Below are positions 29,040-41,954 of a stretch of DNA of 64,000 nucleotides, piece by piece (position 1 is the first letter of the stretch; each line of letters begins with the position of its first letter). The position numbers and the translations under genes are program-made. The notes beneath the pieces were generated by a model. That model searched no databases and was not told where the DNA came from. It saw only the letters and a list, made by a program, of their open reading frames with translations. This DNA comes from Eledone cirrhosa (Eukaryota): the NCBI GenBank assembly GCA_964016885.1, contig OZ024740.1, forward strand, positions 132,866,001-132,930,000, written 5' to 3'.

Positions 29040-29580
29040 TATGCATATATATGCGTATATTTGTATATGTATGTGTTTGTATGCATTGGCACATCCTTAT
29101 GCACAGGTTTAAATCTTAACTATACTTTAATGTTCTCATCATTATTTACTTTTACTATTATTAATAACCTGTCATTTTATTTACATTATTTTTAAACTCC
29201 GAAAAACGTTACACCCGAAAGAAAAAAAGGAAGATGATACTTTGCTTGTGAAGACGTTCCCTGGCAATGAACGGGGAAAAGGCAAGGATAAATACGTCGT
29301 TATGTGGAGCGAGAAAAACAATTTCTTGCAATGAAAAAAACACATTTGTCGTATAAAAGAAGTCATTAGACTAATATTCTATATTATTTAAAATAACCTA
29401 ATGATTCCAGCTCCGGAGTTTAAGAATAATGTAAATAAAATGAGAGAGGTTATTAATAATAGTAAAAGTAAATAATGATGAGAACATTAAAGTATAGTTA
29501 AGATTTAGGCCTGTGCATAAGGATGCGCCAACGCATACATATATATATATATACCCACACAAATATACGCATATATATAT
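29040..29580. repeat. Inverted repeat, arms about 150 bp
   Basis: 29080-29201 is the inverse of 29414-29537. Confidence 0.85.
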
Positions 29581-29775
29581 ACATACAGATATATGTATAT
29601 GTGTATGTATATATATGCGTATATATATATGTGTATATATATGTATATTTATATGTATATATATATATGTATATGTATGTGTGTATATGTGTATGTATAT
29701 GTGTATGTATATATATATATATATACACAACATATACATGAACATATGCATGTACATATATATATATATATATAC

Positions 29776-29837
<62 letters not shown>

Positions 29838-30949
29838 GGAAAGGAACGGAACATTTATGACAAGTTTTCCTCGGTAGAATTTCAATTAGGACCGCAGGTA
29901 CCTGGAACAAATACATAGCATGATCACTTATTCTACAAGAAATACCATGCCTATCACGCTGCGGATTAGAAGAAAGAAAAAATCGTCCGTGTTGCCCAGG
30001 GTACATTAGAGTTCAAGATGGATGCGTAATCTGTGTGGAAATGCGGCTGATCATCAACAAATATTTATTACATAATGTTGAGGAATAGTTTACAAGCATC
30101 ACAATGATAGAATATACAAACATTGTGTTTACTCATATAAGATTAATGATCTGAAAGATACATTCTTAAGCAGAATTGAATTGTGTTTCTGTCGTAACAC
30201 ATTTAAGAAATGAATTGCAGATTTATCATGTCTTCTAAATCTTGCGTTAAACATAGGCAGCTGAAATAATACGTTATATTATATACGTTTTACCTATCTT
30301 TTATGCCAATAATGAGCATCAAAATGATGCAAGAGTGGTATGCTAATCTGATGAAAACAGATAAGAATTTTAGAGTAGGGTGAAAGAACAAAAGCCTCAC
30401 AGATAGAATTCAAGCAATAAACGGCGAATATATATAGCAAACGTGAGAAGTATATAAACAATCACTATGGATTTGTTTTGAAGAATTTTCCATGTGTATT
30501 GAAAAGTACACATGTACACCAAACTCTCTATTGCGATTTTCTTGCGAATTCATGTACTTTTAACGCGAGATAAGCTTTGCGTTGAAAAATAGCGATACAC
30601 AATAATGTTTACATCTATGTTTATGTATAAGAATGGGATAGGGAAATTACATTAGTGTATTTTTTTTCTTTTGCATTTAGGAGTGTGTTATTTCTGTTTT
30701 TTTGTTTTTCCCGGGGGAAAATATTTATTTAACATTACTAAATTGTACAAAGCATTGGTACAGATTAAAAGACATTGCATGGATCGATGTATTTCCGTGC
30801 TGCGGGTTGGTTGTTTCTTCGTTTAAGTTAACACTATATAATAAAGAAGACAAAACATTCTATACTTATATATGGCATATACTCCATAAGTATATCAGAA
30901 TTGCGTCCATTTATGGTGCAGAAGATTTTTTCATCATGTGTATGAGGTA

Positions 30950-31067
<118 letters not shown>

Positions 31068-31069
31068 TT

Positions 31070-32065
31070 AGAATGTAGAGAAGTGACACCCAAGTGGATA
31101 TATATATAATAGTAAAAAAGAAAAAAACAGTCGAAAATGCTAAAGGGATTTTCTCTCTGAATAACAGCAATATATTTATCTTGAAAATAGATATTTCCGT
31201 ATTTTTGGTGCCGGTTTCAGCTGATGGGCTTCTTCGTGCGATAGAAGTGTATAATGAAATTGATTTGCCTATTAATAAGAATATGGGGGAAGAAACATTG
31301 TTTACATACATATATAGAGAGAAAAATTCACATTTTTGTTTGTCGTTTTCCGTCTTTCTGTCTGGGCATTGACCATAACTGTGTTATTATTAATGGTGGA
31401 AGTAGCAGGGAAGTATCAGTTCCTTCTGTTTTAGGTGCTGACATCGACTGTAGTGGTAGTAGTGGGGGACAAGAAGAAGAAGAAGAAGAAGAAGAAGAAG
31501 AAGAAGAAGAAGAAGAAGAAGAAGAAGAAGAAGAAGAAGAAGAAGAAGAAGAAGAAGAAGAAGAAGAAGAAGAAGAAGAAGAAGAAGAAGAGGTTGGTGG
31601 TACAAGGGCAAAGTGTCGTAGAAATACCAGTGCTATAGCAAGGAGGGAAGGGGTAGACGAAGAAGGGGACAATGGAGAGGCGTAGTAGTAATAGTATCAC
31701 TATAAATAGTAATTAAGGGAGCTGTCCATGGGATTGACTTAAATGGTTCAGTGACATTAGAATTGATTGAGGGAGTAATTGTTTCGAAAAATATCTATCT
31801 TAGTATTTCTGTGTGTAATGCTGGCATTCTTAGTTTGTCCGTTGGTGCTAAAATTTGACCGGCTGTGTGAATGTTTCTAAAGATATCTTCCTCAATTTGT
31901 CGATGATGTTAATGTTAATCTTGAGTGATCGTTGCATTTACGTCTGAATAAAATGAATTTAAACGGGGTTCGTATTTAGTGATAACGTGTGATTCTTTGT
32001 TAATGCGCTGAATGTTGGAAACGTTGTCTTTAAATGTGTAGAAAGGAAAATGTAGAACGGAAAAT
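31070..32065 (-). mobile_element. 3' remnant of another PLE (GIY-YIG C-terminus plus tail)
   Basis: FPFYTFKDNVSNIQRINKESHVITKYEPRLN fits the PLE C-terminal pattern PFY..R..KE..I.K..P.LN; decayed HHR-like motif at 31205-31240. Confidence 0.6.
31471..31590 (+). repeat. (GAA)n microsatellite, about 40 units
   Basis: Direct reading. Confidence 0.98.
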
Positions 32066-33146
32066 ATATGTGTCATTTTGCGTGGGTGTATGTGTGTGCC
32101 TGTGTAGGAAGATATATATATATGCACGTACATATACATATATATGTATATATTTCGAAATATTCGAATTGGTCTGCTGTTGAAATCTGGAGATCCATTC
32201 CATTATTGCATTGCAATTCAGTGAGTCTTATTGGACAAAATTTGTGATCGGATTCTTGAGAGATTGAAAAGTTCATCGTTTTTTCCATTGTTTTTTTTTG
32301 TTTTCAAAAATGAGGGTTTGGGGATGAAAATGGCACACTAACTTTTCTTTGTTATCACGTAAACTTATATGTGCATTTGTCATAGCTTTATTGCTATAAG
32401 TTGCTGTTTTATCTCCTCTCTTTCTCCATAGGACAACGCTTTGACTTGTTTCAGACACTGTGACCCTTGACGTATCGGCAGTACCGTTGGTAGAGGTCGT
32501 AACAGCGAAAGTCAATCCGATGAATTGGGAGATCTGTATCTTTTGTTTCTATTCTTATTTTCAAAAAATAGTTTTTTTAAGGTTACCCATTGAAAGATTG
32601 TTTTTTCGTTTTTCCTTGTTTTCGTTTGTTGTCTTGTCCTCTCTTTGTTGACTTTCCTACATTTATCATTACTAAACTATGACGAATATGATCTCTCTTC
32701 ATGCCTCATTAAATTCACTGGCTCACATTTTTAACACGTTATCTTGCTCTCGTTTACTTGCCTTTTTAGCCCTCTCTTTCTTTTTTCCTTTTTTTCCTTC
32801 TTTTACCTCATGTGAGTGTCCTGTTTTAAGTGGCACAATAATATCTTTTACTTTTCCTCAAATGAAATTGTATTTGACATTTTATAGCATAGTTGCTATA
32901 AATTGCTATTTTGTCTCGTTTCTTTCTCTATAGAAAAGCGCATTGAAATTTGTCAGAGGCTGCGACCCCGGGTGGACAATCGGTAGAGTAGGTAGGCCGA
33001 TGGCCCCGGAATTCAGTGTTCTGTGCTTTTTATTTTATTTTCAAGAAATAATTATTTTAAGGTTTCCTCATTAAAAAGTGTTTACTTTTTGTTTTCCCTT
33101 GTTTTCGTTCACTGTCTTTTCCTGTCTTTTATGAGTTTGCCAGGTT

Positions 33147-33294
<148 letters not shown>

Positions 33295-33501
33295 TGAGTG
33301 ACAGAGATAGGACGAGAAAGAGAGATAGGGAGAGAGAGGGAGAAAGAGATAAGGTCAAATTGAAAATAGCACGGAAAATATTTTTAGGGGTCTGTTTTCC
33401 TTTTTTTTCCTGCCTCTGATTCGTCAAAGTGACATTATTGAAAATATAAGAGGGACAATTCTTTTTAAAAAAGAGTTTTATAATGTATATAAAGTATAAT
33501 A

Positions 33502-33549
33502 AGTATAACCGGTTTCGATGTATAAGTAAAATTCATCTTATCAAATGTT
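33502..33549 (-). ncRNA. Minimal hammerhead-like motif, U3-A8 variant, decayed helix I
   Basis: Minus strand at-TTGATAA-gatg..catc-GAAA-CCGG-TT-at. Confidence 0.55.
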
Positions 33550-33929
33550 GAGTATTACAATTAAAAACAATTATTAACAATTAAAAACTAAAAATTAAAG
33601 ATTTAAAACTAAGTGTTGAAGTAAGCTTTTGACATCTTTCTTGTGTGTCTGTGGAGGGGGGGGGGGTATATTCGTGTGTATGGCTCAATAAATATACATC
33701 TGATTTTGCTTTGAGTGCATTTTCTATATTTTCTAATTTTTCATTCTCTGTCATTCTAGTTTCATATTTTATTCCTTATTCTATCTCCTGATAAAACAAT
33801 TGTTCGAGAAGTAAAGATACTTTTCATATTATGTGAAAGGTTAAATTAATATATCTCTTCATTGTACTATTTTTTGCCTTTTTTTATTATTTTGCATTTT
33901 GCATATATGTATATATATAAACATATTTC

Positions 33930-34029
<100 letters not shown>

Positions 34030-34040
34030 AAAATGTTTAA

Positions 34041-34124
34041 CACCGACAGCAGAGCTCAAGCCGTTTCAACGTCTATTTATGGAGTAGTCCAGAAATAGCC
34101 GTCGAAGCGGGTTGAGCACTGCCC
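34041..34124. repeat. Fold-back fragment of the family E HHR 3' half
   Basis: ccgacagcagagctcaagccgtttc / tagccgtcgaagcgggttgagcactgcc matches 27171-27200 and 28500-28540. Confidence 0.75.
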
Positions 34125-34416
34125 CTATAGAGTTTTGTCCCCCGGGACAAGATCAGTGATAATCGATCATGGCCACACGATTGATCTATCTCTTATTGAA
34201 ACATGTGTCGTGATTAAACTGATTGGAATTTTATACCATGCCTTTGGATCTTTATTTTGATACTTATACTCCGTTTTACATCATCTAGCTGTTCCCATAA
34301 ACGGAATTGTAGATATACAAAAGCGTGGAGAACTTAATATTGCATACATAAGTTTATTGGACCGTATGACACAACCAATAATACACCTTACTATATATAT
34401 ATATATATATATATAT

Positions 34417-34893
34417 TGTTATACTTTGGGAGGGTCATGTTGCCAATAAGAAACACACGCACCAGATGTTTCACTCCACTTTGTTTTAAATTAAACATTT
34501 AAAAATTTTTTTTTTTTTAAATGTATAAATTTCCGGTTGACTGGTTGGTTCCACAACCGGACGGTTGTTCATCTTGTTTGTGTGTGTGTGAACACACACA
34601 GAAACAAGATGGCGTGGAACAGAACAAAGGAGAAGCACAAAACAAAGAAAATAATCCCCAGTCACTGAAGAGGTCACAACATGTGTGACAAAAGAACTTT
34701 GACAATATATGAACAACCGTCCAGTTGTGGTACCAACCAACCAACCGGAAACTTATAAAAAAAAGTTTTGAAAAAAATTTTGTTTTAGATAAAAAAAATT
34801 TAAAAAAATGTTTAATTTATAATAAATTGGAGTGAATGAAGCATGTGGTGCGTGTGTTTCTTATTGGCAACATGACCCTCCCAAAGTTTAACA
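34417..34893. mobile_element. MITE with TGT...ACA ends, about 155 bp TIRs, ATAT flanks (Ginger-like)
   Basis: tgttatactttgggagggtcatgttgccaataagaaacacacgcacca / tggtgcgtgtgtttcttattggcaacatgaccctcccaaagtttaaca; solo TIR tip at 27086-27117. Confidence 0.85.
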
Positions 34894-35111
34894 ATATCGG
34901 TTTCAACACATGTTTTCAGATAAAGAATCGTGCTAAACAAATTCAGAAACGAAATATATATATATATATATCCATATATAAAGGAAATGAATACAAGGAG
35001 TTTAAAACCGTTAGAACATGTTTATATAACAGTGCGCCTACGTACGTTTCGCCCGGAATGGGCGTATCAAGGGCATGGAAAACAATGATAAATACGGGTG
35101 TGTGTATGTAT

Positions 35112-35151
<40 letters not shown>

Positions 35152-35372
35152 ATGTAGGCATTCACAAACACAAACATGAACGCACAAGCTCACACACACA
35201 AATACCAATAAAATGCAAATAAAAATGCGCGCTTTTTGTGCATAAACCAATCCCATACATTCGTTACTCAAATACTTGCGTGCATGTTAGATATTTTCCA
35301 GTATTCTTTCCAGGATTATGCACTACTTTTCATCATTGCCATTACTACAAATCCTTCTCACATTTTTCAATA

Positions 35373-35463
35373 TCTTCTTCTTCTTCTTCTTCTTCTTCTT
35401 CTTCTTCTTCTTCTTCTTCTTCTTCTTCTTCTTCTTCGTCTTCCTCTTCTTCTTCTATCAATA

Positions 35464-35520
<57 letters not shown>

Positions 35521-35531
35521 GTTATTGTTAT
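35373..35531. repeat. (TTC)n then (TTA)n microsatellite, 3' tail/target of the Dong element
   Basis: Direct reading. Confidence 0.95.
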
Positions 35532-35606
35532 TCCTTGAATCTCAGTCATTGATGTTGGTTAACTGGAAAGTCCGTTGGATTGAATATCAAGCCACTACCT
35601 GCAGCC

Positions 35607-38600
35607 TCAGATATTCAGGACGTATCGGAGGGTTCTTGCTGTTCCAAGCAAGCATGCCTTTTGAAGCGTTCCAAAAAGCGTGAAGGGGCCGATTTTCTTT
35701 AACCATCCCTGGAAACTTTTGGAGATAGTCCCCAGTGCGCCTATGACAATCGGGATCACTTTGACTTCATGGCAGTTCCAAATCCTTTTCATCTCCCACT
35801 TTAGGTCCTGGTATCGGTTAATTTTCTCCCTCTCCTTCTCTTGCACTCTCGTGTCGAACGGGCAGGCCACATCCACAATCAGGCACGATCTTTTTTCTTT
35901 GTCCACAACCACCAGGTCAGGTCTATTGTGTTCCAGTTTTTTGTCCGTCTGTATCCTAAAATCCCACAGCACCTTCACCTGATTGTTCTCCATCACCGCC
36001 TCTGGCCTATGCTCATACCATTTCTCAGAATGTGGTAGATTGTTTACTTTGCACAGGTGCCAGTGGATCACCCTGCCCATCACATCGTGTCTCCAGCCCT
36101 TATAGTGGGTCTGGGCTAGGTGTTTACACTCGGACGCAATGTGAGCCACAGTCTCCTCTCTCTCTCCACAGATCCTGCACAGTGGGCTAGCCTCCTCCTT
36201 GTAGATATGGTGCTTCAACCACTTCGTTTTGAGGGCCTGCTCCTGCGCAGCCATTAACATTCCTTCCGTAGCCTTTTTGAGGTCTCCTCTTCTCAACCAG
36301 TTCCATGTCTGTGGATCTCTAAATTCAGTTTTCTCAAAGAAGGTACTATGAAGGGATTTTCCCTTAAGGCTGCTCTTCCTCCTTGATGTTATTTCCTCCC
36401 TGGACATCCCCTGGCCTACTGTCCCCTCCTTCAGTACAGTTCTGAGCATTGGCTCCTTACTATAGGTCACGTATTTGTATAGGTTGTTTTTCTCCATCTG
36501 AACACAGTCCTCTATGCTGATAAGACCTCTTCCACCCTCAGATCTCCTTAGGTAGAGTCTATCGACATCACTCCTCTTGTGGAACATGTTGTAGATAGTC
36601 AATAGCTTCCTAGTCTTCCTGTCCATTTCTTTTTGTTCAGCAACATTCCATCTCAGAATTCCCGCACTGTACCTAATAATAGACACAGCTCGGGAATTTA
36701 CTGCGCTTATGGCATTTCTGCTGTTCAGATGTGACTTCAATACGCTCCTTACTCTCCGAATGTATTCAGTTCTTAACAATTCCTTCATTTTTTTGTTCTT
36801 TATGCCATCAGCCTCCAGAACACCCAAATACTTGTATCCTTCCTCAGAGTCAATTTCCTTTATCATCTCACCTGTTGGTATCTGGATCCCGTTACTTCTG
36901 CTCAACCTACCCCTCTTCATCACAATGACTCCACATTTACCAATACCAAACTGCATACATATATCACTGCTGAAAATACGGACAGTTTCAACAAGCACAT
37001 CCAACTCCTTCTCACTTATCCCGAAGAGCTTAAGATCGTCCATGAAGAGGAGGTGATTGATGGTAAGCTCTCCCCTTCCCAACTTGTATCCTGCTCTCAC
37101 TTTTCGCAGCATAATGGTCAAGGGCATCAGGGCAAGGACAAACAACAGAGGGGACAGGCTATCTCCCTGGAAGATACCTCTCTTGATCTTCACGCTTCCC
37201 AAGGATACTCCAGTTGATGTCAACTCTGTCTCCCAGGACCCCATACTCCTGCCTAGCAACTGTCTGATGTTATCTGCCACCCTGAAGATCTCCAGGCTTT
37301 TGGTGATCCAGGAATGAGGCACCATGTCAAATGCCTTTCTGTAGTCTATCCATCCCATGGCAAGATCAGTGTGTCTCCTCCTGCAATTCCCCATTACCAT
37401 CTTATCAATAAGCAACTGGTCCTTTGTACCACGTGACTTCTTTCGGCATCCTTTCTGTTCGTCCGGTAACAAGTTGTTTGTGTGGAGGTGATGGTAGATT
37501 TCCTCAGACACAATGCTCGTCAACAGTTTCCACATTACGGGCAGACATGTGATAGGTCTATAGTTGGTAGCATCATTACCCTTGATTCGGTCTTTCATTA
37601 TCAGAACTGTGGTACCTTTTGTCAACCACTCTGGCACCTCACCCGACACCAAGCAGTCATTGAACATGGCCGTCAGCTTCGGGTGGAGGGATGTTAAATG
37701 TTTAATCCAATACCCCTGCACACCATCTGGGCCTGGTGATTTCCAGTTGGTTAGTTTTTTGGCTTGCCCCTTAAGAGTTTCAACTGTGATACTCAAATCA
37801 GTCTGTTGCTGTGCCTGCTCACCGAACTCCCTCTGTACTGTCTCAATCCACCCTGCCTGGGCATTGTGTCTAACATCCTGCTCCCATATTCCTCTCCAGA
37901 ATGCTTTAGTTTGTTCCGCCCCAGGGATCAAGTCGTCGCCTCTTTCTTTGCCCTCAAGCTGTCCAAACAGCATCTTCTGGTTGTTGTCGAACATGCGGTT
38001 CTGTTTATACTGACTGACTCTGTTCTCGTATCGCCTGATTTTTGCACTCTTTGCTACAATGCGTTGCTTCAATTCCTCTATGATAATATTTAGCTTTTTA
38101 CTCCTAGTTTTGTATTTTATTTCCAGTCTATTTTTAGTGCCTATGTTTTTTAGTGTTCCATTCAGTAGTGACTCAAGCTTTCCTATGTCATTTCTCATTT
38201 CCCCGATTTGCCCACTCAGTCGCTTCTTCCACCACGGCTCTGCTCTTTCTTGTCTGTTGTTTCCTCTCGCTTTTATACCAAGTAGTTTCCTCACCGTATT
38301 TGCTGTTGCTCTGAGGATATTGTTGCACTGGTGAAGGCTCCTCGCCTCAAGGTATGGGATGACTTTGTTTACCTTAGCTGTTGTTTCTTTTAACTTTTTC
38401 CTGTCTACAAATCTTAGGTTCATAGGTCTCCCACTATCATTGTTCAATTCATCTACCACTAAATTTAGGATGTCAACCGAATCTTGTCCTAGCCCGTCAG
38501 CATTCATCTCCTCAGTGGCCGTATCTCTGTTCCAGGTATTATTTATCTCAGTATTCAGATCATTGTCTGCTTCGGGTGGTTCCTCCGTTCTCAGGACCTC

Positions 38601-38999
38601 CTCACCTTCATTTCCCACCGGCTCGCTTGTCTGGCATACTACACCCGCCATCTCCAAGCCATTCTCTCTGCTCAGTTCCTCCAGTTCCAGCTCGCTTATC
38701 CACCCATTAGTTCTTATTACCCGAGCCTGCCCGGCCAATTTTTGTTCATCTAATTTAAATAAACCAATCTCGTTCCAGATGTTATGCATCCGTCTCCTGT
38801 AGCCCCTCTCCTTGGGGTTACTTTTCAGGTAGCATTGCATAACAGTTCTATTCAATTCTTTCGTCCAGTTGGTTCTGGCCCCTTTCCTTCTTCTCCTTCC
38901 TCCAACATCAGCAGTATTTGGTTGACAGTTAGGTTCCTGCTGCTGAGCCAGGGGGCACCTGTTGGGTGAGAGTCTGTCACATGACGTTCTAGTCTCCAT
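35607..38999 (-). CDS. R4/Dong-clade non-LTR retrotransposon protein (RT, CCHC finger, restriction-like endonuclease), 1130 aa, uninterrupted
   Basis: NWKSPGPDGVQGYW, NYRPITCL, WIDYRKAFDMVPH, RGIFQGDSLSPLLF, HLLFMDDLKL, CRICGEREETVAHIASEC, RHD, RPDLVVVD..IVDVACPFD, EKINRYQDL; 3' (TAA)n. Confidence 0.95.
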   Translation of the reverse strand: METRTSCDRLSPNRCPLAQQQEPNCQPNTADVGGRRRRKGARTNWTKELNRTVMQCYLKSNPKERGYRRRMHNIWNEIGLFKLDEQKLAGQARVIRTNGWISELELEELSRENGLEMAGVVCQTSEPVGNEGEEVLRTEEPPEADNDLNTEINNTWNRDTATEEMNADGLGQDSVDILNLVVDELNNDSGRPMNLRFVDRKKLKETTAKVNKVIPYLEARSLHQCNNILRATANTVRKLLGIKARGNNRQERAEPWWKKRLSGQIGEMRNDIGKLESLLNGTLKNIGTKNRLEIKYKTRSKKLNIIIEELKQRIVAKSAKIRRYENRVSQYKQNRMFDNNQKMLFGQLEGKERGDDLIPGAEQTKAFWRGIWEQDVRHNAQAGWIETVQREFGEQAQQQTDLSITVETLKGQAKKLTNWKSPGPDGVQGYWIKHLTSLHPKLTAMFNDCLVSGEVPEWLTKGTTVLIMKDRIKGNDATNYRPITCLPVMWKLLTSIVSEEIYHHLHTNNLLPDEQKGCRKKSRGTKDQLLIDKMVMGNCRRRHTDLAMGWIDYRKAFDMVPHSWITKSLEIFRVADNIRQLLGRSMGSWETELTSTGVSLGSVKIKRGIFQGDSLSPLLFVLALMPLTIMLRKVRAGYKLGRGELTINHLLFMDDLKLFGISEKELDVLVETVRIFSSDICMQFGIGKCGVIVMKRGRLSRSNGIQIPTGEMIKEIDSEEGYKYLGVLEADGIKNKKMKELLRTEYIRRVRSVLKSHLNSRNAISAVNSRAVSIIRYSAGILRWNVAEQKEMDRKTRKLLTIYNMFHKRSDVDRLYLRRSEGGRGLISIEDCVQMEKNNLYKYVTYSKEPMLRTVLKEGTVGQGMSREEITSRRKSSLKGKSLHSTFFEKTEFRDPQTWNWLRRGDLKKATEGMLMAAQEQALKTKWLKHHIYKEEASPLCRICGEREETVAHIASECKHLAQTHYKGWRHDVMGRVIHWHLCKVNNLPHSEKWYEHRPEAVMENNQVKVLWDFRIQTDKKLEHNRPDLVVVDKEKRSCLIVDVACPFDTRVQEKEREKINRYQDLKWEMKRIWNCHEVKVIPIVIGALGTISKSFQGWLKKIGPFTLFGTLQKACLLGTARTLRYVLNI

Positions 39000-39139
39000 T
39001 TCACCGTTATTCGAACTGTTTATGTTCGATATTTAAACACTCTTATCGAGGATTGGCGAATGTATGTTTACATAGCCATCTGTGGATCCGCCATCCCACT
39101 TGGCCCTTGTGTGGCATTATCACCACCCTGTATACGAAC

Positions 39140-40073
39140 ACACATAAACAAACAAACACACAGGCAGAAAGGGCCCCAAAAATGAATAAGCACAAGTTTC
39201 ATTGTAATGTAGTGTTCGAATGTCTGACTTAGTTTTAGTTTTTTAAGTTTTACTTTTTCCCCCCTCTTCTCTGTCCGTCCGCCTGCTTCTCTCTTCATTC
39301 TTATTTTCTTTACGTTTTTGGGGTTTCTTTTTTTGTTTTTGTTTTTCTCTGTTTGTTTTTCTCGTTTTTTGCTGTTGTTGCTGTGCTGCTTTGGTTTTGT
39401 TGTTTGTTTTTTCTTTTTTCTTTTGAGTCTATCTATATATTTTGATGCCTTCCTCTTTGTTAGTAGTAGGAATTCTATAATGTGGAAGTAGCAGCCAGCA
39501 GGGGGAAGTGGGAGACTGGCGGCGGTAGCGATACTGAGACAGTGGTGGTGGTGATGTCGATACCGAGGCAGTGGTGGCGGTGATGTGACCGTATTACTGT
39601 AGTGATGGTGCTGTAGCAGTGGCAGTAGTGAAGGAGTCAAGGGGTGGTGGCGGCGGTGATGGGATAGTGGTGGTAATGATGGCCGTAGTGAGCGGTGGCG
39701 GTGAAGGTGAAAATGTCGTTATCTGGCTGTTGTGTTTAGTGTACACAGATGATGGGGTGGGTGGTGTATCTAGTTTCTGGTGTTGGTGAGTTTAGCTGTC
39801 CTATATAGTGTAGCCAGAGGAGAGGAGGGGGGGGGGGTTCTTCTTCCATTTATAGCCATTTTCTTTTTTGGATATACAGTGTACAATACAAAGTTGAATA
39901 TTTGAATATTTGAGCCTTATAACAATATATTTTGGGTCCGAATTTTTTGGGGCTCAAGCCGGGTTCTTTACGTAGCATTTGTACTAAGAGTTGTTATTTC
40001 ACAAATGATTTAAATATGTTAAAAATTCAAAACTTACGGGAGCGATTTCATGACCTCCGTCACCTCGTGCGTC
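39140..40073 (-). mobile_element. Probable 5' fragment (UTR plus Thr/Pro-rich ORF1 start) of a Tx1-type LINE
   Basis: Starts gacg..gctcccgtaagttttg, similar to 47792 gacg..gctccgtgagtaagcaattttttg; low-complexity CAC-rich coding-like stretch. Confidence 0.45.
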
Positions 40074-40081
40074 TTCTTCCC

Positions 40082-40141
<60 letters not shown>

Positions 40142-41935
40142 TTTGAGTCTCACTCATTGATGTTATTTAACTGGAAAGTTTGTTGAAATGAATATCAAGC
40201 CACTACCTGCAGCCTCAGATATTCAGGACGTATCGGAGGGTTCTTGCTGTTCTCAGCAAGCAAGCCTTTTGAAGTGTTCCAAAAAGCTGGGCGGGGCCAA
40301 TTTTCTTTAATCATCATTGGAAACTCTTTGAGATAGTACCTAGTGCCCTTATGACAATCGGGACAACTCTGACATCATGGCAGTTCGAAATCCTTTTTAC
40401 CTCCCACTTTAATTCCTGATATCGGTTAATTTTCTCCCTCTCCTTTTCTTGCTCTCTCGTGTCAAATGGGCAGGCTACATCTACAATCAGGTACGATCTT
40501 TTTTCCTTGTCCAAAACTACCAGGTCAGGCCTATTGTGTTCCAATTTCTTGTCCGTCTGTATCCTAAAATCCCATAGCACCTTCACCTGATCGTTTTCTC
40601 TCACAGCTTCTGGCTTATGCACATGCCACTTCTCAGAATGTGGTAAATTGTTTACTATGCATAGTTGCCAGTGGATCACCCAGCCCATCACATCATGTCT
40701 CCAGCCTTTATAATAAGTCTGGGCTAGGTGCTTACACTCGGATACAATGTGATCTACAGTCTCCTCTCTCTCTCCACAGATCCTACACAGTGGGCTAGAC
40801 TCCTCCTTGTAAATATGGTGTTTCACCCACTTCGTTCTGAGGGCCTGCTCTTGCGCAGCCATTAGCATTCCTTCTGTTGTCTTTTTAAGGTCTCCTCTTT
40901 TTAACGAGTTCCATGTATGTGGATCTCTAAATTCTGTTTTCTCAAATATGGTACTATGAAGGAATTTTTCGTGCAGGTTGCATCCTCCTTGCTGATATTT
41001 CCTCCTTGGACATCCCCTGGTCTATTGTCTTCTCGTTAAGTACAATTCTGAGCATTGGCTCCCTACTGTCAGTCACGTATTTGTGAAGGTTGTTTTTCTC
41101 CATCTGAACACAGTCCTCTATGCTGATAAGACCTCTTCCACCTTCAGATCTCTTTAAGTAGAGTCTATCGACATCACTCCTCTTGTGGATCATGTTGTAG
41201 ATAGTCAATAGCTTCCTAGTCTTCCTATTCATTTCCTTTTGTTCAGCAACATTCCATTTCTGAATTCCCGCAGTGCACCTAATAATAGACACAGCTCGGG
41301 AATTTACTGCACTTATGGCATTCCTACTATTTAGATATGATTTTAATACGCTCCTTACTCTCCTAATGTACTCAGTCATATCTTATCAATTCCTTCATTT
41401 TGTTTGTTCTTAATGTCATCTGCCCCCAGAACACCTAAATATTTGTATCCTTCTTTAGTGTCAATTTCCTTTATCATCTCACCTGTTGGTACCTGGATTC
41501 CTTTGCTTCTACTAAATTTACCCCTCGTCATCACTAGGACTCCACACCTATTAATACCAAATTGCATACATATATCATTGCTGGAAATACGGACAGTGTT
41601 AACAAGTACATCCAACTCCTTCTCACTCTTCCCGAAGAGCTTAAGATCGTCTATGAAGAGGAGGTGATTGATGGTAAGCTCTCCTTTTCCCAACTTGTAT
41701 CCTGCTCTCACTTTTCGCAGTATAATGGTCAGGGGTATAGGGCAAGGACAAACAGCAGAGGGGACAAACTATCTCCCTGGAAGATACCTCTCTTGATCTT
41801 CACGCCTCCCAAGGATTCTCCACACGATGTTAAGTCTGTTTCCAAGGACTTCATACTTTTGCTCAACAACTGTCTGATGTTATCTGCCACCTTGAAAATC
41901 TCTAGGCTTTAGGTTATCCGAGAATGAGGTACCAT
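40082..41935 (-). mobile_element. 5'-truncated, frameshifted second Dong copy flanked by (TAA)n on both sides
   Basis: ORF pieces 41376-41711, 40954-41379 and 40314-40868 match the intact protein; same 3' UTR. Confidence 0.93.
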
Positions 41936-41954
41936 TATTATTATTAATATTATT

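Noticed and set aside
29948-30088. Cys-rich CCPGY peptide resembling an EMI/EGF exon
   Set aside because: Stops on both sides and no convincing splice sites
31254-31685. Poly-Glu ORF
   Set aside because: Translation of the (GAA)n microsatellite
35680-38969. Antisense ORFs overlapping the LINE ORFs
   Set aside because: Expected shadow frames of long coding sequence, no recognisable motifs
39000-39135. HDV-like ribozyme in the Dong 5' UTR
   Set aside because: Only a simple stem (tggcggat/attcgcca) was found; the nested double pseudoknot could not be built by eye
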